Shown here in pieces: positions 14,032 to 23,135 of a stretch of 64,000 bases of DNA. Under the pieces are notes generated by a model. That model did no database searches and was not told the origin of the DNA. It saw only the letters and a program-made list of their open reading frames with translations. Origin of the DNA: a virus; the IMG/VR virus record IMGVR_UViG_3300028534_000004, positions 1 to 64,000 of that record; one strand, given 5' to 3'. Each line of letters starts with the position of its first letter. The stretch's first letter is position 1. Both the position numbers and the translations under genes were made by a program.

Positions 14032-14145
14032 AGGAAGTAGCTACTTGCGAAGGAGGAGTTTTACAGTAGCCCAGCTGGTTCTCCTCATCGTGAAAACAAA
14101 AACTTATATTGAGAGCATGGGACGGGCTCCATGCTCATTAGCAAA
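14030..14145 (+). ncRNA. conserved two-hairpin RNA element, copy B
   Basis: Aligns with 11752-11860. Stem 1 is GAGGAG (14053-58) / CTCCTC (14081-86). Stem 2 is GAGCATGG (14113-20) / CCATGCTC (14129-36) with loop GACGGGCT. Confidence 0.6.
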
Positions 14146-14158
14146 TAATAAATTTTAT

Positions 14159-14166
14159 TATATTTG
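14159..14166 (+). promoter_or_regulatory. Bacteroidota-type -7 promoter box (TAnnTTTG)
   Basis: TATATTTG, 23 nt upstream of the ATG at 14190. Confidence 0.4.
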
Positions 14167-14189
14167 TACCAAATCCAAAAACAATATAT

Positions 14190-14741
14190 ATGGTACTATT
14201 AATCATTCTTTTGGGATTTTTCTTCCCGGAAGAAGAAATAACAATCCTTCCTGTTGAAAATATCAATTTTGAATATACAATAAGAGAATCGAATTTTGTA
14301 CATACAAATGACTCTCTTATAATTAAAACAGCAAAAAACATTGGTATAGAACCGGATTATCTATATAAAGTAATTATGATAGAGAGTTCGGGTAGAACTA
14401 CAGCTTATAATAAATACACAGGAGCTGTAGGACTAATACAATTTATCCCTAGTACATACAAAGCTTGGGGATTAACAGGTGAGGAGATTCTTTCTATGAG
14501 TAAAAGAGAACAACTCAAACTTGTAGAGAGATATTTTAAAGGTTTCAAAAATCTGAAATCCTTTACAGATGTTTATCTAGCAGTATTTTATCCTGCTGCA
14601 ATAGGTAAACCCAATGATTATATTCTAGGTTCTGAAAAGTCAGAGAATTTAAGTCTTAAGATTGCTCGTAAAAATAGAGCACTGGATTTAAACAAAGATG
14701 GCTATATAACTAAAGACGAAATCAAAAAAACAATACTATGA
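14190..14741 (+). CDS. lytic transglycosylase (SLT-domain) endolysin candidate with N-terminal hydrophobic anchor and C-terminal EF-hand loop
   Basis: The segment IMIESSGRTTAYNKYTGAVGLIQFIPSTY matches the SLT pattern (E-S … GLMQ). The N-terminus is MVLLIILLGFFFP. DLNKDGYITKDE (14685-14720) fits the 12-residue EF-hand loop consensus. Confidence 0.75.
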   Translation: MVLLIILLGFFFPEEEITILPVENINFEYTIRESNFVHTNDSLIIKTAKNIGIEPDYLYKVIMIESSGRTTAYNKYTGAVGLIQFIPSTYKAWGLTGEEILSMSKREQLKLVERYFKGFKNLKSFTDVYLAVFYPAAIGKPNDYILGSEKSENLSLKIARKNRALDLNKDGYITKDEIKKTIL

Positions 14742-15004
14742 AGAATTTAGGGGTATTATATCCTAAACAATTTATAGAGACGTATGGAGAAGATATACGT
14801 CCTATAAAGAGCTGGAAATTCTTCTCTCGTCAATTTGACAGAGATGAAGACAAAGTGTTAGTCTATCTGTACAGCACAGATAGCTTGCATATTATTGAAA
14901 AACGTGCTGATTGGGAACATATATGCAGAATGTATGATTCTGATATGTTCATAGTAAGAAAAATAGAAAACTCAGTATTAATATCGGCAGCTTATGAAAA
15001 TTAA
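14738..15004 (+). CDS. hypothetical protein
   Basis: 88-aa ORF overlapping both neighbouring genes. Confidence 0.55.
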   Translation: MKNLGVLYPKQFIETYGEDIRPIKSWKFFSRQFDRDEDKVLVYLYSTDSLHIIEKRADWEHICRMYDSDMFIVRKIENSVLISAAYEN

Positions 15005-15329
15005 AAAAGAAACTGTTGGAATTATCCTATTAGTAATACTAGCTATACAAACTTTGTTTTGGTGTATTTTAATAGGATATCACTATGCACCTATGGATGA
15101 AGGACTTATAAAATATATCCTATTTGCAATAGGATATAGTCTGGTGTACTTAATATTGTTGTTGTCCAATCTAACAATAATACACGAAGGACTTTCCATA
15201 GAATCCGTACTCTTAGAACTTATAATGCCAACTTTAACAGCTATTGAATTCTATTTAGTAAATGAAAAGTTGATGTTATTTCTAATCTCAGTAGCACTAG
15301 CTATGCTACTGGATAAAATTGTAAAATAA
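14994..15329 (+). CDS. multi-pass membrane protein (holin-like candidate)
   Basis: 111-aa ORF with about four hydrophobic helices, located in the same cassette as the transglycosylase. Confidence 0.5.
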   Translation: MKIKKETVGIILLVILAIQTLFWCILIGYHYAPMDEGLIKYILFAIGYSLVYLILLLSNLTIIHEGLSIESVLLELIMPTLTAIEFYLVNEKLMLFLISVALAMLLDKIVK

Positions 15330-15416
15330 GGGAGAGTAGCACAAAGACATAACCGAAAGGGGTCGTGGTAGTGCGCCATAATTACGGTAATACAGGTTCA
15401 AGTCCTGTCTCTCCCT
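15330..15416 (+). tRNA. atypical tRNA-like gene (87 nt), anticodon unresolved
   Basis: Acceptor GGGAGAG / CTCTCCC and T arm ACAGG-TTCAAGT-CCTGT are canonical. A manual 5-7-5 scan of the internal 55 nt finds no anticodon arm. Starts 1 nt after the stop of 14994..15329. Confidence 0.45.
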
Positions 15417-15437
15417 CTAAATCTTAAAATTAACACC

Positions 15438-15644
15438 ATGATTGTAAAAAGAAAAGATTACAATAAGCTCTCAGTAGAGTTTATTTGTAACTTCTTTGGT
15501 CTTAAAGCCAGAGAAGGAAAAAATCACATCTTCTTTTCAAAAGGAGATAAAATCGTAGCCTCTATATCTAAAAAATATAGAGATGACAAATTCTACTTAA
15601 ATGAGAAAATGGAGGAAATATGGGAACGAGGCAAGAGCAGATAA
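15438..15644 (+). CDS. hypothetical protein
   Basis: 68-aa ORF. Confidence 0.5.
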   Translation: MIVKRKDYNKLSVEFICNFFGLKAREGKNHIFFSKGDKIVASISKKYRDDKFYLNEKMEEIWERGKSR

Positions 15645-15850
15645 TTTATCTGTTCAATAGATACAAAGAAAAATACCCTAAACGTAAAGGTTTATGGATG
15701 CAAATCGAGGATGAAGGTGTCTTCGTTCTTGTATATCTAAAAGAAAAAACTTTGAACTACTATTGGTCTTACGAAAGACTAAATTGGTGGTTCCATAAAA
15801 TAACAGAAAATGAAAATCAACATCAAAGTGATGGTATATCGCGACAATAA
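15620..15850 (+). CDS. hypothetical protein
   Basis: 76-aa ORF overlapping its neighbours. Confidence 0.5.
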   Translation: MGTRQEQIIYLFNRYKEKYPKRKGLWMQIEDEGVFVLVYLKEKTLNYYWSYERLNWWFHKITENENQHQSDGISRQ

Positions 15851-16079
15851 ACTTGTCGGATATGCTGAAGGTAATGAAGAGTCTATCGTTATAAGCAGGC
15901 TCTTCAAAAACGTCCCTCAAATCATGCATCCTTTAAAGGATTATTTCGGAGGACGTAGAATTGACCTTTTAGACTTAGTAAATTTCAAAGATTACGGTAT
16001 CTCTTTCGATGTCGAATATGCAGATACTAGGTCTAGAAAGGAAAAGATTCAAGCCAAAGTTGACAGACTTTTTGGCTAA
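15810..16079 (+). CDS. hypothetical protein
   Basis: 89-aa ORF. Confidence 0.5.
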   Translation: MKINIKVMVYRDNKLVGYAEGNEESIVISRLFKNVPQIMHPLKDYFGGRRIDLLDLVNFKDYGISFDVEYADTRSRKEKIQAKVDRLFG

Positions 16080-16151
16080 GAGACAAGGGGTGAGAGTTGT
16101 ATTCTTTACGGCTCTCGCTCTTATTTCAGTTAAACCATAAAAAGAAAGAAC

Positions 16152-16445
16152 ATGATAGAGTTGTACAAAGTGATGGACGAACATGATTGTCCCCCTATTT
16201 TAGTTTTAAGCATGATTTATATATACAAAAAAGAGAAGAAAAACTTAAAAGATTTGTTATTATATTGGAAATCAAATGGTTTAAGTTTTAATCATACTTA
16301 TAAACCTATAGACAATAATACTTTGAAAAAATTTTTCTCAATGAGAGAAATTAAAATTATCAATTACATTACAGAAGCAATTATCAAGTATAATACCGAT
16401 TATCTAGCTCTTGCGATAGTAAACGTGGAACAATTAAACTATTAA
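16152..16445 (+). CDS. hypothetical protein
   Basis: 97-aa ORF ending 1 nt before the polymerase start. Confidence 0.55.
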   Translation: MIELYKVMDEHDCPPILVLSMIYIYKKEKKNLKDLLLYWKSNGLSFNHTYKPIDNNTLKKFFSMREIKIINYITEAIIKYNTDYLALAIVNVEQLNY

Positions 16446-16446
16446 C

Positions 16447-18363
16447 ATGATTAATGCGATATTTTTCGATATAGAAGTATTTGTAAATATGTTCTATATC
16501 CACTTCAAAGTAAATGACAAAGATTACGGATTTGAAATTTCTTTCCGCAAAGATGATAGGGAAGAATTAAAAGTTTTCTTACGTGAATACAAAGACTGGT
16601 ATTTTGTAGGATTTAATGTCCTCAGATACGATGGAAAGATTCTGACTTTTCTGATTCAAAATCTTAAATTAGATAAAGAAGAGCTATTACCATTACTTAA
16701 GCGGGTATCAGACCAAATTATTAACGAAGATGAACGTTATTACGAAAGTAAATATTTTCAATATCTTGATTTAGCCGAGATAGGTGGTTATAATACTAGA
16801 GCCAGACACGCTTCTTTGAAGCAGATAGAGTTTAATATGAGATTACCCAATATTGAACTTACACCGGTAGATTTTAATGCTCCTGTCAAAAACGATAAAG
16901 AAGCCGATGAAGTAATCAAATACTGTAAATATGATGTATTTGCTACTGCTAAGCTATATGAGGAGATGACAGATGTTATTAGAATACGATTAGACGATAC
17001 CTATCCCGGAATATTAAATTTACCTGATACCAAATTAGGTGAAACAATTATGCAATACGAACTAGGTCTTTCTTCTTTATATGTAGACAGGAATGAATTC
17101 GACTGGGTAGAAATAAAAGATATTATCTATCCTTATATTAAATTCGATATTCCTGCCTTTAACGAATTAAAAAGGTACCTAAGCTCCAAGAAAATTAAAA
17201 CACCTAAAGGATTTTTCAGCCTTATTCCTAAACATGAATTAGGTGACCTAATTTATTATATGGATACAACAATGAAAAAAGGGTCCATAAAAAAATTAAA
17301 TGTGATTTTTAACGGACTAACTTATTACATTGGAGCAGGAGGTATTCATGCCTCTAGAAAAGGCATTTTTATAGCTAATAAAAAAAGAAAAATTGTTGAC
17401 ATAGATGTTTCATCTTATTATCCGTTTAACATTATAAATAATCACTTAATTCCAAAATTAGTAGGCGAAGAATTGACAAAACAAGGTAAAGAACCGGAGT
17501 ATTTCTTAGAGAAATATGTTTCATTCTATAAAAGAAGAAAATTATACAAAAAGCCTCATCCTCTAAACACTTTATTTAAGCTTGCTCTAAATATTATATT
17601 TGGTAAAAGCTTACAACCGGTCTCTATCTTTGGTGATTTAGAGTTAGGCATGAGTGTAACTATTAACGGACAACTTCTTCTTTTAATGCTCATAGAATGG
17701 TTACATGAGAACGTACCTGATTTAACTATTATCCAAGCTAATACTGACGGTATCACTCTGGAAACAGATGTTGATTATGAAGAAAAGATAAAGGATATAG
17801 TTAAGGAATGGGAGAATATTACCGGTTTTAATATGGAATTTGCTTACTATGAAAAAATGGTAATAGCTAACGTAAACAATTATATCGCATTATACACAGA
17901 TGGTAAAATTAAGTCTAAGGGTTCAATGTTCGCTTATAAAGACCTCGAACATTATAAAGACCACAGTGAATTAATAATTCCAAAAGCATTAGAGGCTTAT
18001 TTCGTGAAAGGTCTTGATTATCGCAGTTTTATAAGAGAACATGATGACCTTTATGATTTTTTTAAGAAAGTTAGAACAAATAAAGGGTCACGTCTTGTAT
18101 ATCGTACGGAAAATTTAATTAATTTTGAACAAGAATTACCCCCTTTGGTAAGGTACTTAGTTACTAAAAAAGGAGGTAAATTAGTAAAAATTCTTCCTCC
18201 TCTGGAAGGTAAGACAGAAGAGAGAGAAGAAGAAGTTGAAGCAGGAAAAAAGGTTACTTTGTTTAACATTGTACCTGATAATCCAACTAAATACTTAAAG
18301 TATATTGATTATAAATACTATATTGACAAGTGTAGTAAAATTATCGCAGAGCTAGAACAATAA
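16447..18363 (+). CDS. family B DNA polymerase with 3'-5' exonuclease domain
   Basis: Exonuclease motifs: ExoI FFDIEVF, ExoII VGFNVLRYDG, ExoIII YCKYDVFATAKLY. Polymerase motifs: A DIDVSSYYPF (DxxSLYPS), B KLALNIIFGKS (KxxxNSxYG), C IQANTDGI (DTD-type). Confidence 0.85.
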   Translation: MINAIFFDIEVFVNMFYIHFKVNDKDYGFEISFRKDDREELKVFLREYKDWYFVGFNVLRYDGKILTFLIQNLKLDKEELLPLLKRVSDQIINEDERYYESKYFQYLDLAEIGGYNTRARHASLKQIEFNMRLPNIELTPVDFNAPVKNDKEADEVIKYCKYDVFATAKLYEEMTDVIRIRLDDTYPGILNLPDTKLGETIMQYELGLSSLYVDRNEFDWVEIKDIIYPYIKFDIPAFNELKRYLSSKKIKTPKGFFSLIPKHELGDLIYYMDTTMKKGSIKKLNVIFNGLTYYIGAGGIHASRKGIFIANKKRKIVDIDVSSYYPFNIINNHLIPKLVGEELTKQGKEPEYFLEKYVSFYKRRKLYKKPHPLNTLFKLALNIIFGKSLQPVSIFGDLELGMSVTINGQLLLLMLIEWLHENVPDLTIIQANTDGITLETDVDYEEKIKDIVKEWENITGFNMEFAYYEKMVIANVNNYIALYTDGKIKSKGSMFAYKDLEHYKDHSELIIPKALEAYFVKGLDYRSFIREHDDLYDFFKKVRTNKGSRLVYRTENLINFEQELPPLVRYLVTKKGGKLVKILPPLEGKTEEREEEVEAGKKVTLFNIVPDNPTKYLKYIDYKYYIDKCSKIIAELEQ

Positions 18364-18364
18364 A

Positions 18365-18378
18365 CATAAACCTTTAAA
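18365..18378 (+). promoter_or_regulatory. conserved leader motif CATAAACCTTTAAA, copy 1
   Basis: Identical 14-mer also at 24642-24655. Here it lies 10 nt upstream of the ATG at 18389. Confidence 0.35.
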
Positions 18379-18388
18379 TTTTTACATT

Positions 18389-18904
18389 ATGAACAACACA
18401 CAGAGAGTGACAAAATTACTCGCAATTTTGAAAACTAAAAGAGCAGAAGTTAAAAAGCTCAAAGAGATGAAGTATCATACTCCCGGTAACTTTATGCTCA
18501 ATTGGAAAGGTAATGTCTACAGTGTTGATTTCCGCAATGCAGACATGGTTACAATGAAGACTTCTATTGTACCTTTGTTACTGGAAATCAAGAACACTAA
18601 CAATTTTCTAGAAGATTCTTCTTTGAAAACAATGAAAATCGGCGATTTTACAGTAGATGAAGTTCTTGAAGATTGCAAAGTTTTCATCTTGAAGACTGAA
18701 CTTCCTAAGAAAGAAGCAGAACTCAAAGAACTCGAAGCAAAGATTCTTGCATTGTCACCTGATGAATTGAAAGTTGACTACATGCTTGACGAACTCGAAG
18801 ACGAGTTAAGTGACGAATTAATAAGAGCTGACTTCACGGAAATAGTAAAGGAAGTAGCCAACATGATGAGTCCTTCAAACGACGAAACTGAAGAAGAAGA
18901 ATAA
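18389..18904 (+). CDS. acidic hypothetical protein
   Basis: 171-aa ORF with a strongly acidic C-terminal third (…DELEDELSDEL…NDETEEEE). Bracketed by the leader motif and a strong terminator. Confidence 0.65.
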   Translation: MNNTQRVTKLLAILKTKRAEVKKLKEMKYHTPGNFMLNWKGNVYSVDFRNADMVTMKTSIVPLLLEIKNTNNFLEDSSLKTMKIGDFTVDEVLEDCKVFILKTELPKKEAELKELEAKILALSPDELKVDYMLDELEDELSDELIRADFTEIVKEVANMMSPSNDETEEEE

Positions 18905-18914
18905 AATGAAATTT

Positions 18915-18939
18915 AAGAGGAACTTCGGTTCCTCTTTTT
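18915..18939 (+). terminator. intrinsic terminator
   Basis: AAGAGGAAC-TTCG-GTTCCTCTT: a 9-bp stem with a UUCG loop, plus a T-run. Confidence 0.8.
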
Positions 18940-18951
18940 AAACTTTCAATA

Positions 18952-20070
18952 ATGAACAGAGAGAATGAGCAAAAAAAAGCATTACAATCTTTAATATCAC
19001 ATTATGAGAATGGTCATAAAGCAGCTTTAGTAAAAGCCGTCATGAGATTTGGTAAATCTAAAGTTGTACTGGATTTTGTTAACGAAACTGATTTTGAAAG
19101 AGTACTAATATTAGTACCATCGCGAGCATTGTTAGAAAATTGGGAAAATGAAATAAAAAAGTGGTTAAAGAGAGATGTTTTTATTGCAACAGAAACTCTC
19201 CAATCAGCACACAAACTTCAAGGAAATTGGGATTTGATTATCTTAGATGAAATTCATAATCTTACTTCCTTGAAGTTTAGTATCTTAGAGGATTTCTTTC
19301 GAGAAGCCAGATTTCTAATAGGAATTACAGCAACATTACCCAGAGACTATGACAAGCTGGCTATATTACAGCATTTAGGATTTAAGCTTGTATATGATTT
19401 GACTATCGAGGATGCTATTGATAAACAAATTGTAAATCAGTTTAATGTTAAAGTGATAGCATCACCGTTAGACAAGACTAAGAATATCGAAAGACGAACT
19501 AGAAAAGGACATACTTTTTATACTTCAGAAGAACTTTCTTACGCATATTACACTAAGTTATATGCGAATAATCCCATAAAAGAAAACGCCTTAAAAAGAG
19601 CTTATTTTCTTTATGGACTAAAAAGTAAAGTAGAAGCTACAAAAAGTCTCTGTGCTTTTCTAGATAAGAACAATCCTGGTAATAGAAAATTGATATTCAC
19701 AAAGAGAGTTCATATTGCCGATTCAATATGTCGTTATTCTATCTCTTCTAAACAGAAGAGTGAGATTAACCAATTAATACTAAATCGGTTTATTGACGGT
19801 TCTATAGATTGTATCAGCACTGTAGAAATGTTAAACGAAGGAGTTACTATTCCTGATATAGATTATATCATAATAGAGTCATTTGATTCTAATATGAATA
19901 ATCTGTTACAAAGAATAGGACGTTCTTTAGCTTACACAGGAAAGACAATCAATGTGTATATCATTGTAGCAGAAGATACTGTTGAAGAAAAATGGTTAGA
20001 GAAAATTCTACCTGATGTTCCGGTATCTTATTATTTATACAGAAAAGTTAGATTCATAACACGACCATGA
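18952..20070 (+). CDS. superfamily 2 (DEAD/DEAH-type) helicase
   Basis: Motif I MRFGKSKV, motif II LIILDEIHNL, motif III ITATL, motif V NEGVTIPDIDYIII, motif VI LLQRIGRS. Confidence 0.8.
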   Translation: MNRENEQKKALQSLISHYENGHKAALVKAVMRFGKSKVVLDFVNETDFERVLILVPSRALLENWENEIKKWLKRDVFIATETLQSAHKLQGNWDLIILDEIHNLTSLKFSILEDFFREARFLIGITATLPRDYDKLAILQHLGFKLVYDLTIEDAIDKQIVNQFNVKVIASPLDKTKNIERRTRKGHTFYTSEELSYAYYTKLYANNPIKENALKRAYFLYGLKSKVEATKSLCAFLDKNNPGNRKLIFTKRVHIADSICRYSISSKQKSEINQLILNRFIDGSIDCISTVEMLNEGVTIPDIDYIIIESFDSNMNNLLQRIGRSLAYTGKTINVYIIVAEDTVEEKWLEKILPDVPVSYYLYRKVRFITRP

Positions 20071-20555
20071 TTATAAATCCAAAAATATACGAAGTTGTAG
20101 ATAACAACGACGAGGCAATTTTATATTTATTAGCTGTTTATCATAACTTAAAAACCGACTTATTTCGAGGTAATTTACCTACTTATGTAAATTCCTTAGG
20201 AATATTTGAAGTTGATGTTACAGCTGATGAATATAACTGGAATATTCCTTTGTATGCCAGTATTGAACTAGGTAAGGATTTTATTGAAGAATATCGCGAT
20301 ATGTTTAAGGCTTTGGACCCTACTAAAGCAGGTGACAGACCTACTATCGTAAAAAAATTTAGAAAATTCTTCAAAGAATATCCTCAGTATACAGAGGAAG
20401 ATGTGCTTAAAGCAACCAGAATGTATCTTGAAGATTTTATGTATCAAGGTACAGACCCTATGTATCTACAAAATGCTAATTACTTCATCAAAAAAGAGAG
20501 AAATCCGGCAGGTTCTAAATTGCTGGTATGGCTAGAGATTTTAAAGGAACAATAA
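20067..20555 (+). CDS. hypothetical protein (replication module)
   Basis: 162-aa ORF coupled to both neighbouring genes. No motif. Confidence 0.6.
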   Translation: MIINPKIYEVVDNNDEAILYLLAVYHNLKTDLFRGNLPTYVNSLGIFEVDVTADEYNWNIPLYASIELGKDFIEEYRDMFKALDPTKAGDRPTIVKKFRKFFKEYPQYTEEDVLKATRMYLEDFMYQGTDPMYLQNANYFIKKERNPAGSKLLVWLEILKEQ

Positions 20556-21635
20556 ATGGAACGTGAAGTAGTAGAAATATTAGAGAAGACAGAGAAAGGG
20601 TTAGATTTTGGGATTAAATCTCTTAATCTCGGATTAAATGGTATTTCACGAGAAACAATATATACAATAGGAGCCAGTCCTAAAGCAGGAAAGACATCTT
20701 TTGTCGACTTTAGCTTCTTATTAGTTCCCTACCTTAAGAATTATTTAGGAGAGAATAAGAAAATTAAATGGATATATTTTTCTTATGAGATTAGTCGAGT
20801 AAGAAAAATGATGAAACTGGCTCCTTTTTTCTTTAAATATGATTTTCATAAAGATACATTTTTCCACAAAGGAGTTGAATATCCCATTAATAGTAATTAT
20901 CTTTCTAATAAGATGATTGACCCAGATGAGGAACTAATCACTATCAAAGAAGAAGATAGAAAGATTTTCGAAGAGATATACGAAACAAGATTAGTTCCCT
21001 TATTTGGGGAAAAAGTAAATGGAAAATACGTAAGAAAGGGATGCGTGACTGTCTTTGAGAAAGCAACTAATCCTACAGGTATTCGTAATACCTTAATGGA
21101 TTATGCTGAATATACAGGTACTTTTGAAACAAGTACTTATAAATCTCAAGGTGAAACTAAATCCTACATTACAGGATATAGACCAAATGACCCTGAATTA
21201 CATACAATTGTCATAATTGACCACATTCGTAAAGTAAAATCAGAAAGAGGATTCGATAATAAACAGATAATAGATAAATTATACGAATATGAAGTAGAAC
21301 TAAGGAACTTTGCAAAATTTACGTTTGTAAATATTGCACATCTTAATAGGAACCTTAGTTCCATTGACAGAATGAGATTCAACAAAGAAAGACTACATCC
21401 TACCGGAGATGATTTTAAAGGTTCCGGTAACCCTATAGAGGAAAGCGATGTGGTTATGACAATGATGAATCCTCTGGATGAGAGATACATGTTGAAAAAA
21501 CACTACGGTCATGACTTAAGTGAGTACCCTAATTATAGGAGCTTACACATTATCGACTCAAGAGATACTGAACCCTTTGACGTCTTCTTAAATGCAAATT
21601 TTAATAATAACATCTTCACAGAAATAAAGGATTAA
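20556..21635 (+). CDS. DnaB-like / RecA-fold replicative helicase
   Basis: Walker A GASPKAGKTS, Walker B TIVIIDHIRK and a DnaB-like NIAHLNRN segment. Confidence 0.65.
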   Translation: MEREVVEILEKTEKGLDFGIKSLNLGLNGISRETIYTIGASPKAGKTSFVDFSFLLVPYLKNYLGENKKIKWIYFSYEISRVRKMMKLAPFFFKYDFHKDTFFHKGVEYPINSNYLSNKMIDPDEELITIKEEDRKIFEEIYETRLVPLFGEKVNGKYVRKGCVTVFEKATNPTGIRNTLMDYAEYTGTFETSTYKSQGETKSYITGYRPNDPELHTIVIIDHIRKVKSERGFDNKQIIDKLYEYEVELRNFAKFTFVNIAHLNRNLSSIDRMRFNKERLHPTGDDFKGSGNPIEESDVVMTMMNPLDERYMLKKHYGHDLSEYPNYRSLHIIDSRDTEPFDVFLNANFNNNIFTEIKD

Positions 21636-21636
21636 T

Positions 21637-22416
21637 ATGAGAACAAGACAAATTAAAAAAGCAACTCAAATAGAACCGAAGTTGCTGTTAATCTATTCTT
21701 TCCAAAAAACAGGAAAGACGGCTTTAGCATCTAAGCTTACTGAACAAACAGATGCTGTAATACTGGATTTTGATGGAGGAGCTAGTTACTTCGATAACAA
21801 TAGAATTGTTATTGAAGGTAAAACGAATGTAGAGAAGTACAATGACTTCCTCAGAAAAATGAAAGAATTACAACAAGATGTTGAGGAGAATGGTAAATAT
21901 AAGTTCATTATCATAGACACTTTAACCAGTGTTTATGATACAGTTGCCAATCCGATGGCTATTGCTAAGTACAATAAATCAAGTAAAACAGACCCTGTAG
22001 AATTATCCGAAGTTCCGGAAGATGTTCTACCTTACGGTGCCGGTTATTCTTATAAAAAAACAGTAGTTGTTAATTTCATTAATGCCTGTTTGAATTTTGC
22101 CGATAATATAATTATCTTTGCTCATATAGGAGATAAATCAGTAAATAAAGAAACAGGCGAACTGGAATTAGCCGACTTAGATTTACCGGGAAAAGCTAAA
22201 ACTATTATCGCGAAAGATGTAGATAGTATTGGTTTGATGTACAGGAAAAATCCCACAACTAATGTTATCTCCTTTAAACATGCTAATAGTGTATTTGCAG
22301 GAAGTAGAAGTACTTATTTAAGAGGTAAAGAAATCATTATCTCTAAATTAAAAGAAGACGGTGAACTAGAAACATTTTGGGAAGAAATATATCCAATAAC
22401 TTTAAACAAGGAATAA
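21637..22416 (+). CDS. Sak4-like (AAA_24-type) ATPase
   Basis: Walker A SFQKTGKTALA and Walker B KFIIIDTLTS. Its size and position between the helicase and SSB are typical of this family. Confidence 0.6.
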   Translation: MRTRQIKKATQIEPKLLLIYSFQKTGKTALASKLTEQTDAVILDFDGGASYFDNNRIVIEGKTNVEKYNDFLRKMKELQQDVEENGKYKFIIIDTLTSVYDTVANPMAIAKYNKSSKTDPVELSEVPEDVLPYGAGYSYKKTVVVNFINACLNFADNIIIFAHIGDKSVNKETGELELADLDLPGKAKTIIAKDVDSIGLMYRKNPTTNVISFKHANSVFAGSRSTYLRGKEIIISKLKEDGELETFWEEIYPITLNKE

Positions 22417-22417
22417 T

Positions 22418-23125
22418 ATGTATTCATACACAGAAGATTCATCACAAACACAACAAACAGGATTTGGTTTCGGACTAAATCAAAAATGTTATTTGAAAGA
22501 GTTTAAATTGGTTAAAGACCAGAATAACTATGTTCAAATAACAATCGAAAAAGACGGTAATACTCGTAATCAACGTTATTACGAAATTACTAGAGCTTAT
22601 GGTTCCAACGGAGAAATTATCACAGATAAGAACTCTAAAGAATTTCAACAGGCTCAGTCCCAATTAGCTGCAACTTTGATTCATATTGTCAAAGCTTACA
22701 TTGACGAGGAAATAATCAAAGAAGCTACTAAAGAAGGTAAAACATTTAAGGATTTTACCGAAACATTGACAAGTTTATTACCTGAGAACTATTCCGAGAT
22801 ACCAGTAGATGTGTTCTTAGAATTTCAAAGTAAAATTAAAAAGGGTCAAAAGAGAACGTATCTTGAGATACCTAGATTTGTCAGTTACGGTAAATTCTTT
22901 GTTAAGAACAACGGTAAAGAATATAAAAAGGACATCGTTGAAGATGCTGGCGAATGGGACACTTATTTGCGTTATATCAATGTAGAAGGCGATGAAATGT
23001 TAATTCATCCTTTTAAAAGGAGCAAACATTATATGTCTTCTTCAAGAGCTAAGCAGCAAATAATTGATGATACACCTAAAACTGAGAGTTCTCCGGCTCA
23101 AGATTCCGACGAATTACCTTTTTAA
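22418..23125 (+). CDS. single-stranded DNA-binding protein candidate
   Basis: Located in the replication module, with a low-complexity linker and an acidic C-terminal tip …PAQDSDELPF resembling the SSB-Ct motif DDDIPF. Confidence 0.55.
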   Translation: MYSYTEDSSQTQQTGFGFGLNQKCYLKEFKLVKDQNNYVQITIEKDGNTRNQRYYEITRAYGSNGEIITDKNSKEFQQAQSQLAATLIHIVKAYIDEEIIKEATKEGKTFKDFTETLTSLLPENYSEIPVDVFLEFQSKIKKGQKRTYLEIPRFVSYGKFFVKNNGKEYKKDIVEDAGEWDTYLRYINVEGDEMLIHPFKRSKHYMSSSRAKQQIIDDTPKTESSPAQDSDELPF

Positions 23126-23135
23126 ACGAAAAACT

